DNA of 34,931 nucleotides from Acinetobacter phage fLi-Aba03. Numbering within the stretch: position 1 is the first letter of the stretch; each line of letters begins with the position of its first letter. The stretch lies in the sequence record MT344105.1, one strand, 5' to 3'. This document shows, piece after piece, positions 1 through 9,107 of the stretch. The notes beneath the pieces were generated by a model, which was not told where the DNA came from, made no database searches, and saw only the letters and a program-made list of their open reading frames with translations. The position numbers and the translations under genes were made by a program.

Positions 1-72
1 CGCACGCACAAAAAAAATTCCCTCTCAGAAAAAGTTAAAGCAAAAAGTTAAAATCAAGTTAAAGGTAGAGCA

Positions 73-555
73 ATGGCATTAACAGAGAAAATGGAAAAAT
101 TTGCTCTTGCCATTGTTGACGGCAAGACAAATAAAGAAGCAGCAATTTCAGCAGGTTATGCGGAAAAAACTGCATCCGCCGCAGGTGCTAGGTTAGCAAA
201 AGATCCTGAAATTATTGTCTATATTGAAATGTTAAAGGCCCAAAAAGAAGGGCGCTCTTTAACATCTAATTCACCAAAAGTTAAACCTAAAGATACACCC
301 GAAAATAGTGGTGAAGATGAAAACCCTATTGAGGAATTTCAATTTGAAGGTGATGATCCTTTAGATTTTTTAATTAAGGTCATGAACTTCAATGGCAACA
401 AGCTGCCACTTAGAATGCAAGCAGCAATTGCAGCATTGCCTTATAAACACGGGAAGGTTGCGGAAAAAGGCAAAAAAGAAACTAAACAAGACAAGGCAAA
501 GGAAGCGACCAGAACAGGAAAATACGCCACATTGGACAATCAGTTGCCAAGCTAA
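73..555 (+). CDS. terS: Phage terminase small subunit. N-terminal HTH-like segment; it is the first gene of the packaging module, immediately upstream of the large terminase.
   Basis: 160-aa ORF. N-terminus MALTEKMEKFALAIVDGKTNKEAAISAGY is typical of small-terminase DNA-binding domains. Position before terL. Confidence 0.7.
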   Translation: MALTEKMEKFALAIVDGKTNKEAAISAGYAEKTASAAGARLAKDPEIIVYIEMLKAQKEGRSLTSNSPKVKPKDTPENSGEDENPIEEFQFEGDDPLDFLIKVMNFNGNKLPLRMQAAIAALPYKHGKVAEKGKKETKQDKAKEATRTGKYATLDNQLPS

Positions 556-574
556 CTATTAAGAGGAACTTTGC

Positions 575-766
575 ATGCAAAGTCTAGAATACGAAACCGT
601 AAGTGGTGAAACTATCACTATTCAAAATATCAAAGATGGCCCTTGCTGTCATGACTCTATTGAAAAGTTGCCAGCAACAGAAAGGTTGGTGAAGATTACT
701 TATCAATGTCGCAAGTGCTTTTCCAGATTTTCCGAAGAAGATTATCAATTGATTGTTAATCAATAA
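575..766 (+). CDS. Small hypothetical protein with a Cys/His cluster (PCCH ... CRKC), possibly zinc-ribbon-like, between terS and terL.
   Basis: 63-aa ORF with RBS-like GAGGAAC upstream. Cys pairs at residues 24-25 and 45/48. Confidence 0.35.
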   Translation: MQSLEYETVSGETITIQNIKDGPCCHDSIEKLPATERLVKITYQCRKCFSRFSEEDYQLIVNQ

Positions 767-903
767 AAGGTTTTGTATGGATCCGTAGGCGATACGGTGC
801 GTTGGAGGAAGGAGGACCACAACTGCCAACGTAATAACCCGCTAGCAGTGGGCGAAACAGCGTAGTTAAAGCAGGGGTTCGCAACCTGTCATACAAATTT
901 ATT

Positions 904-924
904 CCGCCTTCGGGCGGTTTTTTC
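904..924 (+). terminator. Rho-independent terminator-like hairpin (ccgcc-ttcg-ggcgg) followed by TTTTTT.
   Basis: Perfect 5-bp GC stem, tetraloop and T-tract, read directly. Confidence 0.55.
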
Positions 925-937
925 ATGGACCATTTAA

Positions 938-2632
938 ATGACTGCAAAACTACCAGACTGGACTACAGCTTGCCCAGACTGGGCGACCCGTATTGTTTCT
1001 AAACAATCGTTAATGCCGTGTAAGCCATTATTCCCCAAAGTGGCTGACGTAGCGGAGCGTATCTTTAAAGAGTTAATTCTTGTTGATGTGATGGGTAGCC
1101 CTAAGATGGGTGATGTCACATTGGAATGGGTGATCGAGTTTGTTCGTGCAATCTTTGGCGCATATGATCCAAGCACAAAGCGCAGATTAATTCGTGAATT
1201 CTTTCTTTTGATTTCGAAGAAGAATACTAAATCTACGATTGCCGCCGGCATTATGCTTACTGCATTAATTCTTAATGATCGACAATCTGCCGAACTAATT
1301 ATTCTTGCGCCTACTAAAGAAGTTGCTGATAACTCATTTAATCCAATCCGGGATTTCATACGCGCAGATGAAGAATTAAGTGAAAGATTTAATGTATCTG
1401 AGCACACAAAAACAGTTACGCATCTAGGTACCGGAGCAACACTTAAAGTTATTGCAGCAGAATCTAACGCTGCAGCTGGTAAGAAAGCTTCAATCATTTT
1501 GATAGATGAGGTCTGGCTATTCGGGAAACGTGCCAACGCTGAATCAATGTTCCGTGAAGCAAAGGGTGGTTTAGCATCTCGTCCAGAAGGTTGTGTGATT
1601 TATCTGTCTACCATGTCGGATGAAGTGCCATGTGGAGTATTTAAGCAGCTTTTAGATTATGCCAGAGATGTACGTGACGGAATTAAAGTTGATAAAAGTT
1701 TTCTACCACTTATTTATGAATTCCCTAAGCATCTTGTAGAAGCAGGCGAACATTTAAAACCTGAAAATTTCTACATCACAAACCCAAACTTGGGTGCTTC
1801 GGTTGATCTTGAATATCTGATTTCGGAATTTAACAAAGTTAAAGATGCTAGTGAAGAATCTCTTAGAGACTTCTTGGCCAAACACTTAAACATTGAAATC
1901 GGCATGAACCTTCGTGCTAACCGGTGGGCGGGTGCAGAGTATTGGAATGCTCAAGCTAAAGATATCCAAATCGACCAACTAATTGAGCTATCCGATGTCA
2001 TTACTTTGGGTATTGATGGCGGTGGTCTCGACGACTTACTTGGCTTCGCTGCTTTAGGTCGTTTAACAGAAGATCCTCGTATCTGGTGGCTATGGAATCA
2101 TGCATGGGCAAATAAGATTGCTTTAGAGCGCAGAAAAGAGAATGTGCCTAAGTATGAAGACTTCAAGTCTGAGGGTTCTCTAACTGTTGTTGACCGAATA
2201 GGCGATGACATTGACCAACTCGCAGCAATTGCTAAGAAGGTTTATGACAGTGGAAAGCTTAATAAGATCGGACTAGATCCATTGGGCTTAGGCGGTCTTT
2301 TAGATGGCTTACTTGAGGCAGGAATTCCAGAGGAAAGCATGTTTGCTGTGCCACAAGGCTACAAACTCATGTCCTACATCCTTACTACTGAGCGCAAATT
2401 GGCAGAAGGCAATCTGTACCATGCTGGACAACAGCTAATGACTTGGGCGGCAGGTAATGCCCGTGTCGTGATGGTCGGCAATGGTATGCGAATAACCAAG
2501 CAAGAATCAGGTGTTGGGAAGATTGACCCATTGATTGCCACATTTAACGCAGTTGCTTTGATGTCAAGCAATCCTGAGCCTGCCAATCGCGTTGATATTG
2601 ACGAATACTTAGAGGATGTCGTGATAGCATGA
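938..2632 (+). CDS. terL: Phage terminase large subunit.
   Basis: 564-aa ORF in canonical position. ATPase-like N-terminal half and nuclease-like C-terminal half (acidic residues, GIDGGG). Its stop overlaps the portal start (ATGA). Confidence 0.9.
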   Translation: MTAKLPDWTTACPDWATRIVSKQSLMPCKPLFPKVADVAERIFKELILVDVMGSPKMGDVTLEWVIEFVRAIFGAYDPSTKRRLIREFFLLISKKNTKSTIAAGIMLTALILNDRQSAELIILAPTKEVADNSFNPIRDFIRADEELSERFNVSEHTKTVTHLGTGATLKVIAAESNAAAGKKASIILIDEVWLFGKRANAESMFREAKGGLASRPEGCVIYLSTMSDEVPCGVFKQLLDYARDVRDGIKVDKSFLPLIYEFPKHLVEAGEHLKPENFYITNPNLGASVDLEYLISEFNKVKDASEESLRDFLAKHLNIEIGMNLRANRWAGAEYWNAQAKDIQIDQLIELSDVITLGIDGGGLDDLLGFAALGRLTEDPRIWWLWNHAWANKIALERRKENVPKYEDFKSEGSLTVVDRIGDDIDQLAAIAKKVYDSGKLNKIGLDPLGLGGLLDGLLEAGIPEESMFAVPQGYKLMSYILTTERKLAEGNLYHAGQQLMTWAAGNARVVMVGNGMRITKQESGVGKIDPLIATFNAVALMSSNPEPANRVDIDEYLEDVVIA

Positions 2633-3855
2633 GTACCACACAAGAGCCGGGGTTTTGGTCCCGCTTCTGGTCACGATTGACTGGAAATACACAATTAAAA
2701 AAAGGCGATTCGTCTTATCCATTTGATAGTTATTTGTCACCCGGTGGATCGGTTGTCACACCAGAAACAGCTTTGAAACTTTCCGCAGTCTGGGCGTGTG
2801 TAAAATTAAGAGCTGAAACTATCTCAACTCTTCCTTTACAGTTGTACGACAACAATAAACGTCTTGCTACTGATCATTACCTTTACCGTATTTTGCACGA
2901 TTCACCCAATGCCGATATGTGTGCAAGTGAGTTTTGGCAAGTTCAAGTTGCTTGTGTTGACTTATGGGGGAATGCATACAACCTTATTACAAAAGACTCA
3001 AGCGGAAAAGTAATTGCTCTTGAGCCACTTTTCCCGAGTGGTATGGTTGTAAAACGTAATGATTTGGGAGCGATTGATTTTCATTACACTGAAAATGGGA
3101 AAACAACAACCTATTCGGAAGACCAAATCTTGCATTTCAAGGGTTTTACTCTTGATGGGCTTGTTGGTTTATCTGCTATTCAGTTTTTTGCTCAAACGAT
3201 TGGAATGCAGTTTGATGCAAACAACCAAGCTCAGGACTGGTTTAAGAATGGCTTAAAAGTTGGGGGCTTCCTTGAAACTGGGGAGCAAACTTTAACTAAA
3301 GAGCAGCGTGAAAGACTAAGAAACCATTTAAGTGAGTTCAGTAAACCTGAGAATGCTGGTAAGTACATGGTGCTTGAGGCTGGAATGAAGCTTTCTGGCT
3401 CAAATAGTATTCGAATCAATCCCGTTGATGCCCAGTTACTTGAATCTCGTTATTTTGGCATTGAAGAAATATGCCGCGCCTTTGGTGTTCCTCCTCAGTT
3501 AATTGGTCATACAAACAAAGCAAGCTCATGGGCTTCAAGTCTTGAGCAGACTAATAGGGGGTTTTTGACCTATTCGCTTAACCCTCAATTAGTTAGATAT
3601 GAGCAAACAATCACAAAGAGATTGTTTTTGCCAAGTGAAAAATACAAGTACCGGCCAAAATTTGCGGTTGAAGGCTTATTACGGGCCGACAGTGCTACTC
3701 GCTCAGGTTTCTACACAAACATGATTCAAAACGGTGTTATGACGCGTAATGAAGTGCGGGATTTAGAAGACTTGGCGCCTTTACCGGGTGGCGATGAGCT
3801 AATGGTTCAAATGCAAATGGTCGGATTGAAAGATCAAGGGAAAACCAGTGGATAG
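2629..3855 (+). CDS. Portal protein (HK97 family).
   Basis: 408 aa, follows terL. Typical portal length and order. Confidence 0.85.
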   Translation: MSTTQEPGFWSRFWSRLTGNTQLKKGDSSYPFDSYLSPGGSVVTPETALKLSAVWACVKLRAETISTLPLQLYDNNKRLATDHYLYRILHDSPNADMCASEFWQVQVACVDLWGNAYNLITKDSSGKVIALEPLFPSGMVVKRNDLGAIDFHYTENGKTTTYSEDQILHFKGFTLDGLVGLSAIQFFAQTIGMQFDANNQAQDWFKNGLKVGGFLETGEQTLTKEQRERLRNHLSEFSKPENAGKYMVLEAGMKLSGSNSIRINPVDAQLLESRYFGIEEICRAFGVPPQLIGHTNKASSWASSLEQTNRGFLTYSLNPQLVRYEQTITKRLFLPSEKYKYRPKFAVEGLLRADSATRSGFYTNMIQNGVMTRNEVRDLEDLAPLPGGDELMVQMQMVGLKDQGKTSG

Positions 3856-4510
3856 ACTTAAACTAACTTTAGAAATCAAAGCCACCCAAGAGGGTGGCTT
3901 TTTTTCTGGCTACTTAGCTGCTTTTGACAACCTTGATTCTCATGGGGACATCATCCGCAAAGGTGCATTTGCCAAAACTCTTCAAGAGTGGAAGGCAAAA
4001 GGCAAGTACCCAGCAATCTTTTGGGATCACAACCCATCTGAACCAATCGGAATTTTTACCGAAATGCGTGAAGACGAAAAAGGGTTGTACGTAGAAGGTC
4101 GTCTCTTAATTGACGATGTGCCGCGAGCTAAAGCTACTTATGCGCTGATGAAGGTTGGCGCGATTGATGGCATGTCCATTGGCTATATCACCAAGTCTTA
4201 TAGGCGCGATCCAGACTCACTAATCCGCGAACTGCTGGAACTGGAGTTAGTGGAAGGTTCAATTGTTGCCTTTCCTTCCAATCCAGAAACCCTAATCAGT
4301 TCCGTCAAATCCAAATTACAAGATGGCGAGCTGCCATCCCTACCAGAATTTGAAAAGTTCCTGAGAGAGTCAGGATTTTCAAAAACGCAAGCCACTGTCA
4401 TCGCTAGTAAGGGTTTGCGTCATCTTTTGAGCGAGTCAGAGGGTGAAAACGAAAAAGCGAAATCAATTTCAAATGCCTTAAATATTTTACGAGGAATCAG
4501 CAATGACTGA
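3848..4510 (+). CDS. Prohead maturation protease (HK97 family).
   Basis: 220 aa. Motif DSHGDIIRKGAF is typical of HK97 prohead proteases. GTG start overlapping the portal end. Confidence 0.8.
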   Translation: MDRLKLTLEIKATQEGGFFSGYLAAFDNLDSHGDIIRKGAFAKTLQEWKAKGKYPAIFWDHNPSEPIGIFTEMREDEKGLYVEGRLLIDDVPRAKATYALMKVGAIDGMSIGYITKSYRRDPDSLIRELLELELVEGSIVAFPSNPETLISSVKSKLQDGELPSLPEFEKFLRESGFSKTQATVIASKGLRHLLSESEGENEKAKSISNALNILRGISND

Positions 4511-5675
4511 AAAAACTTTAGAACAACTCGCTCAAGAGTTCCAAAAACACGTTGATACAGTTAAAGAAATCGCCGAAGAGTTCAAAGGCAAACAAGCAAA
4601 AAGTGAAGAAATCTCACAAAGCGCCAAAGATAAAGCGGACGAAGCTTTAACTACGTTAAATGAAGTTAAAAACAAACTGACAGAACTGGAGCAGAAAGCT
4701 GCACGCCGTGGTAATGGTGATGTTGAAACCAAAAAGCAAACCATGGGTGGTGAGTTTGTTGAAACTACAGAATACAAAAATGCTGCAGAAAGTCAGTATC
4801 GTGGAATTCAGCGTGTTGAGCTGAAGAACACAATTGGTACGACTGAGGTTGGAAAAATTATTCCGACCACCAATCTTGGTTTGCAGTTACCAAACCAGAT
4901 GCGCCTTACCATCCGCGACATTTTGGCAGGTGGTAGCATGAGCGGGAATCTCATTGAATATGTTCAAATGAAAGAATTCACCAATAATGCAGCAGTAGTT
5001 GCAGAAGGTGCAAACAAGCCAGAATCTGGAATTACATTTGAAGATAAAGATGCCAAAGCAGTTGTAATTGCTCACTGGTTAAAAGTAACCACTCAAATGT
5101 TAAGTGATGCACCGGCTTTGCAGTCTTTCATTGATAACATCTTGCGTCATGGCCTAGATATTAAGCTTGAAAAGCAAATCCTTGCTGGTGATGGAACCAA
5201 TGGCAACATGCTCGGTTTAATCCCTCAAGCAACCGCTTATGCTCCACCTGCTGGTGCTCCAGCTACTCCAAATATGTTTGATGTATTGCGCTTTGCAATG
5301 CTTCAAGTTGTTTTAGCTGACGACTTTGCTAACGGCCATGTATTAAACCCGATCGACTGGGCACTCATGGAAACGCAAAAAGATGCAAACGGCAACTACA
5401 TCATTGGGAACCCGCAATCACAAGCGGTTCCGACATTATGGGGATTGCCTGTAGTTCAAACCGCGGCTATGGATGCGGGTAAATTCTTAACAGGTGCGTT
5501 TAATACTTCTGCCCAATACTTTGAGCGTTGGGGTGCTGCTGTCCAAATCGGTATGCAAGGTGATGATTTCACCTCTAATAAACGTACTTTACTTGCCGAA
5601 ACACGTGGCGCATTAGCTGTTTATAAGCCTAAATCGCTTGTATATGGCTCATATACTCCTGCTACTGGTGGTTAA
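4503..5675 (+). CDS. Major capsid protein (HK97 fold) with an N-terminal coiled-coil delta/scaffolding-like domain.
   Basis: 390 aa. About 100 N-terminal residues are charged and coiled-coil (EEFKGKQAKSEE...), then a capsid-like body. Follows the protease, with an ATGA overlap. Confidence 0.85.
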   Translation: MTEKTLEQLAQEFQKHVDTVKEIAEEFKGKQAKSEEISQSAKDKADEALTTLNEVKNKLTELEQKAARRGNGDVETKKQTMGGEFVETTEYKNAAESQYRGIQRVELKNTIGTTEVGKIIPTTNLGLQLPNQMRLTIRDILAGGSMSGNLIEYVQMKEFTNNAAVVAEGANKPESGITFEDKDAKAVVIAHWLKVTTQMLSDAPALQSFIDNILRHGLDIKLEKQILAGDGTNGNMLGLIPQATAYAPPAGAPATPNMFDVLRFAMLQVVLADDFANGHVLNPIDWALMETQKDANGNYIIGNPQSQAVPTLWGLPVVQTAAMDAGKFLTGAFNTSAQYFERWGAAVQIGMQGDDFTSNKRTLLAETRGALAVYKPKSLVYGSYTPATGG

Positions 5676-5722
5676 TTCATTTTGGGGTGGTGTTCGTCAC
5701 CATCCCATTTAGAGAGGCCAAA

Positions 5723-5899
5723 ATGAAAGAATATGAAGTTTTACGCCCACACTTTGGAGATAAAGACTACAAAGAGGGCGATATTCGAACCGCAGATCCA
5801 AACGTGGTAAGGCATTTGGTAGAAAATAAAGTTTTACGTGAATACCAAACAAAAGTTGATCCACCAAAACCAGCTACAAGACGGAATAATTCAAAATGA
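5723..5899 (+). CDS. Small hypothetical head-module protein.
   Basis: ATG at 5723 preceded by AGAGAGG RBS. The longer track ORF from 5687 has no RBS. 58 aa. Confidence 0.4.
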   Translation: MKEYEVLRPHFGDKDYKEGDIRTADPNVVRHLVENKVLREYQTKVDPPKPATRRNNSK

Positions 5900-6183
5900 T
5901 CACACTCGAACGAGCTAAGTTGCAATGTCGAGTAGATCATAACGATGAAGATGAACTCTTTATCGAATGGATTAGCCAAGCAGATGAAGAAATAGCAACT
6001 GATATTGACCGAAAAATTATTTCGGACGAGTCGGAGCGAACATCTGAAACGGACATTGTGGACTGTAAAAAATTAGATAATGCCCGGTTAATATTTATTG
6101 AATATAAATACAGCCGAAGTCTTGAAGGTAAACCACAAGCTTATTGGGATATTTTGCAGCCAATTAGAGAAATGGGGGTTTAA
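5896..6183 (+). CDS. Head-tail connector protein (gp6-like).
   Basis: 95 aa, acidic. N-terminus MITLERAKLQCRVDH.DEDELF is typical of the gp6-like connector family. ATGA overlap with the upstream gene. Confidence 0.65.
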   Translation: MITLERAKLQCRVDHNDEDELFIEWISQADEEIATDIDRKIISDESERTSETDIVDCKKLDNARLIFIEYKYSRSLEGKPQAYWDILQPIREMGV

Positions 6184-6184
6184 C

Positions 6185-6541
6185 ATGCCCAGCATTACTC
6201 CAAAGCTTAAACACCGCATCACTATTCAAAAGCCCATCCAAACCCAAGATCAAAACACAGGTAAATTGATTGTTACATGGTCAGATTTCACAACAGTTTG
6301 GGCAGAAGTTACTGATCTTTCAACAAGGGATGTTATTGCAGCCAAAGCAGCCAATAGCTTGATACAAGCCCGTGCAAAAGTGCGATATAGCAGCACTACA
6401 AAACAAGTTGATAGCACAATGCGGGTTCTTTTTGATGGTTACTATTACAAGATTGATGGGAACCCAATGCGAGACCCAGACTCACGCCGTGAGTATTTAA
6501 CTATCAACCTTGCAACAGGTGATAAAGCATGGAATGGATGA
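6185..6541 (+). CDS. Head closure / head-tail adaptor protein.
   Basis: ATG at 6185, directly after the TAA of the previous gene. The track ORF 6098-6541 is the same frame with an upstream start that overlaps. 119 aa. Confidence 0.55.
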   Translation: MPSITPKLKHRITIQKPIQTQDQNTGKLIVTWSDFTTVWAEVTDLSTRDVIAAKAANSLIQARAKVRYSSTTKQVDSTMRVLFDGYYYKIDGNPMRDPDSRREYLTINLATGDKAWNG

Positions 6542-6544
6542 TTT

Positions 6545-7030
6545 ATGGCTACTCAAATACATGGCTTGGAGCCTGCTTTAAGAAAAATGCAGGCAATCGG
6601 TAATGAAAAAACTGTAAAACGTATTGCCCGTAAAGCGATGCGGCAGGCAATGAACATTGCTCGGGATGAAGCCCGTCAAAAAGTTAAACGTTTAGATGAT
6701 CCCACCACTCCTGAAAAAATTTGGAAAGAAATTGTTGTTCAAAATGGTCGAAGTAGAAATAAAAACACTTTGGTTATGCGCGTGGGGGTGCGTGGTGGGG
6801 CACGTATTCCATATACAAATAATGCCCAAAATAGACGTTCTGGGCGTGTTGGAAAAACGTATCAAACAGATGGCCGTGTCTTTTACTGGCGATTCCTTGA
6901 GTTAGGTACAAGTAGACAGCCCGCCACCCCATTTTTAAGACCGGCGCTATACGAAAACATTGAACAAATAACAGATAAGTTTGTTCAAGTATTTAATTTT
7001 GAACTCAGTGTGGTTTTAGGTGCAGCTTAA
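6545..7030 (+). CDS. HK97 gp10-family tail component.
   Basis: 161 aa. N-terminus MATQIHGLEPALRKMQAIGNEKTVKRIARKAMRQAM matches the gp10-family pattern. Confidence 0.6.
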   Translation: MATQIHGLEPALRKMQAIGNEKTVKRIARKAMRQAMNIARDEARQKVKRLDDPTTPEKIWKEIVVQNGRSRNKNTLVMRVGVRGGARIPYTNNAQNRRSGRVGKTYQTDGRVFYWRFLELGTSRQPATPFLRPALYENIEQITDKFVQVFNFELSVVLGAA

Positions 7031-7404
7031 TGGTTAAAGTCCCAATTTTTAAATTAGCAAGAGCAGATCCAGCCGTTACAGCTCTACTTGAAAGCAACGG
7101 AATTTTGCGCGTCTGGAAATTTGGACATGCTCCAGATGATCCACAAACACCGTATGTGACATGGCAAACGATTACGGGCGATTCTAATAGTAACCTTGAT
7201 TCACGCCCTGTCTCTGATAATGCAATCATCCAAATCGATGTTTATGCAACCGATGAAGATGTTGTGGAGCAAGTTGCAATTGCAATGAGAGACGCAATTG
7301 AGCTTGACTGTTATGTAGTTCGTTATGGTGAAGCAGATAAGGACCCAGTAACGGGAATGCCTCATTATTCATTTGACGTTAGCTGGATCGTAAACCGCGA
7401 ATAA
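7030..7404 (+). CDS. Tail terminator / tail completion protein (DUF3168-like).
   Basis: 124 aa. Start overlaps the upstream stop (TAATG). Sequence style typical of DUF3168 proteins (LARADPAVTALL... WKFGHAPDDPQTPYVTWQ). Confidence 0.5.
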   Translation: MVKVPIFKLARADPAVTALLESNGILRVWKFGHAPDDPQTPYVTWQTITGDSNSNLDSRPVSDNAIIQIDVYATDEDVVEQVAIAMRDAIELDCYVVRYGEADKDPVTGMPHYSFDVSWIVNRE

Positions 7405-7428
7405 AACACAAAACCATTTTTTCACTTA

Positions 7429-7451
7429 GCACCCAATCGGGTGCTTTTTTT
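7429..7451 (+). terminator. Rho-independent terminator (gcaccc-aatc-gggtgc + TTTTTTT) between the tail terminator gene and the major tail gene.
   Basis: Perfect 6-bp stem and a 7-T tract. Confidence 0.55.
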
Positions 7452-7473
7452 ATGCCTAAAAGGAGCGCTCTTA

Positions 7474-7953
7474 ATGGCTAAACATGTTAAATCTCAAAAA
7501 ACGCAGTTATTTACTGTAATTGCTGGAACCGTTGTTCGCTTTATTTGTCCTAAGCGTATTTCATTTGGTCAAGACTCATTCGGTAAGATTGATGTGACTT
7601 GTTTAGATGCGGATGTCAAAGAATATGAGCGCGGTATGCGTGATCCGGGTGAAGGCGCGATTGGTATTGACTTGGATGATGAAAACACAAGTCATGACAA
7701 ATTATTGGAAATTGCTGCATCTGGTGAAAAGCTACAGTGGTATGTTGGTTCAAGCCACTCTGCAACACCGCCAACGTATGACGCGACCACAGGTATTGAT
7801 CTACCAGAAACTCGTTCTTGGTGGTCATTTGAAGGCTATTTAAATGATGCAGCACCAAATGACATTGAAGTTGATACAGTGATTGGTTACGAGTTCACTT
7901 TAGTTCGAACTTCTGGGGTTAAATACACTAAACGTACAATGGTGACTCCATAA
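7474..7953 (+). CDS. Major tail (tube) protein.
   Basis: ATG at 7474 with AAAAGGAG RBS 8 nt upstream. 159 aa. Immediately precedes the chaperone/tape-measure pair. Confidence 0.65.
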   Translation: MAKHVKSQKTQLFTVIAGTVVRFICPKRISFGQDSFGKIDVTCLDADVKEYERGMRDPGEGAIGIDLDDENTSHDKLLEIAASGEKLQWYVGSSHSATPPTYDATTGIDLPETRSWWSFEGYLNDAAPNDIEVDTVIGYEFTLVRTSGVKYTKRTMVTP

Positions 7954-8369
7954 TGGCAAGACTAACACTTGAACAAACTCATCAAGAGCTCGGTATTGGT
8001 AGCTACGTAGAAAAGCCTATTAGATATCGTGACAAGAACGGTAATGAAGCGGGTGGTGAAGTCTTAATCTTAATCGCATCACATGATGAAATTGTTAAGG
8101 CACCGGATGTATGGAAGCTAAAAAATAAGGCTGAGTTGACAATTGATCAGCTCAAGAAAGCTTTAATTTTTCTTACTGTATACCATGAAGAGGGGGAAAA
8201 GTTTTTCCCTACAGTTGAAGATACAGGGCGTTTGTCATCCGAAGTTATTGAAGCCTTGTACAAAGCTGCCGATGAGGTTCTTGATTTTTCGGGAAAGAAC
8301 TCGATCTCGAACCAGACGATGAGTTCTGGTGCGAGCTCGTCCTCAATGGAATTGGCGGAAGAACAATAG
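7953..8369 (+). CDS. Tail assembly chaperone (lambda gpG analogue), zero-frame product.
   Basis: 138 aa, acidic C-terminus, sits directly upstream of the tape-measure gene. TAATG overlap with the major tail gene. Confidence 0.75.
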   Translation: MARLTLEQTHQELGIGSYVEKPIRYRDKNGNEAGGEVLILIASHDEIVKAPDVWKLKNKAELTIDQLKKALIFLTVYHEEGEKFFPTVEDTGRLSSEVIEALYKAADEVLDFSGKNSISNQTMSSGASSSSMELAEEQ

Positions 8370-8620
8370 CGGAAGCAAAAAAGACCCTCAGTCATCCGGA
8401 GCTTATGATATGGAGAGCCTACCGAAAATTACGGGGCTCTCTTTTCTTAGGACGACGCATTGAACAATCCGCTGGAAATATGATGGCTCATATAACGAGA
8501 TTTAAAGTTAAAGAAGGCACGGACGTTGATGCTAGAGACTTTATGCCTCATGAGGAAAGACCTGAAAATGATGATGAGCTATCCTTGGAAGAGTATTTTG
8601 AAAAGTATCATAGCGGATGA
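7953..8620 (+). CDS. Tail assembly chaperone, -1 frameshift fusion product (gpGT analogue). It reads 7953-8297 in frame 0, slips at 8291-8297, and continues in the -1 frame to 8620.
   Basis: The -1 frame is open from 8285 to 8620. The track ORF 8405-8620 is the tail end of that frame. The slippery heptamer sits inside the overlap. Confidence 0.65.
8291..8297 (+). promoter_or_regulatory. Programmed -1 ribosomal frameshift slippery site G GGA AAG.
   Basis: Zero-frame codons are GGA AAG and the -1 re-pairing is GGG AAA. This is the same heptamer as the lambda G/GT site. Confidence 0.65.
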
Positions 8621-8658
8621 TAAGCTTCGTTTATAAAATATGCGGGGCTTAAATTTAT

Positions 8659-9042
8659 ATGAAAAAAATTATTTTAATTAGCGCACTTTCCTCTCTAGCT
8701 GGGTGCGCTACTACTGAAAATTTTTACTCTCTTCAACCTTCACCTTTGGCTACTTATGGGCAGTGGAGTGGTGCACATAAAGATATCTCGGTTGCAACTG
8801 TCCAACTGAATAAAGATGGAACTGGGGTAATTTGCCAAGACTTTAAGGGCGTTGCAAAATTGTCAGCTATTAAAAAGATAGATGACAAAATTTATACGCA
8901 AGATGGGAGTTACTGGCGCATTAAAGAATTTAATTCTGAAAAGCTAACCCTTGCTTATGGTGCTGGTGGATCATACTTTCTAACCAAAGATGATTCAGGA
9001 AATAATATTTCACCAGAGTGCAAGATAAAATTAATTAAATAA
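8659..9042 (+). CDS. Lipoprotein moron. Signal peptide with lipobox LAGC.
   Basis: N-terminus MKKIILISALSSLAGC-ATTEN (SPII lipobox). Its own AT-rich upstream region (TATAAAAT) and its own terminator. Inserted between the chaperone and the tape measure. Confidence 0.7.
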   Translation: MKKIILISALSSLAGCATTENFYSLQPSPLATYGQWSGAHKDISVATVQLNKDGTGVICQDFKGVAKLSAIKKIDDKIYTQDGSYWRIKEFNSEKLTLAYGAGGSYFLTKDDSGNNISPECKIKLIK

Positions 9043-9060
9043 TTTTAAATTAGTTATAAA

Positions 9061-9084
9061 CCCGACCAAGTGTCGGGTTTTTTA
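9061..9084 (+). terminator. Rho-independent terminator (cccgac-caagt-gtcggg + TTTTTT).
   Basis: Perfect 6-bp stem and T-tract, read directly. Confidence 0.7.
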
Positions 9085-9107
9085 TTGCCCGGAGAAAAGG
9101 TATGGCA
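9077..9107 (+). repeat. Copy 1 of a 31-bp exact direct repeat, ttttttattgcccggagaaaaggtatggcag. It includes a GGAG RBS and the ATG GCA start of the tape-measure gene.
   Basis: Identical 31-mer at 16887-16917. Confidence 0.85.

Noticed and set aside
790-900. Possible tRNA in the terS-terL spacer (GGTTCG-like segment).
   Set aside because: The candidate T-loop would be 9 nt, and no acceptor or D/anticodon arms could be paired.
934-1536. 200-aa antisense ORF inside terL. Similar antisense or alternate-frame ORFs occur at 584-829, 2374-2643, 4532-4777, 7607-7858, 15431-15652, 16333-16641, 27310-27840 and 33577-33972.
   Set aside because: Each lies fully inside a well-supported conserved phage gene on the other strand or frame. 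None has an RBS or matches the known gene order. They are typical shadow ORFs.
8405-8620. Stand-alone 71-aa ORF after the tail chaperone.
   Set aside because: Its frame is open upstream through a GGGAAAG slippery site inside the chaperone gene. It is better explained as the -1 frameshift extension.
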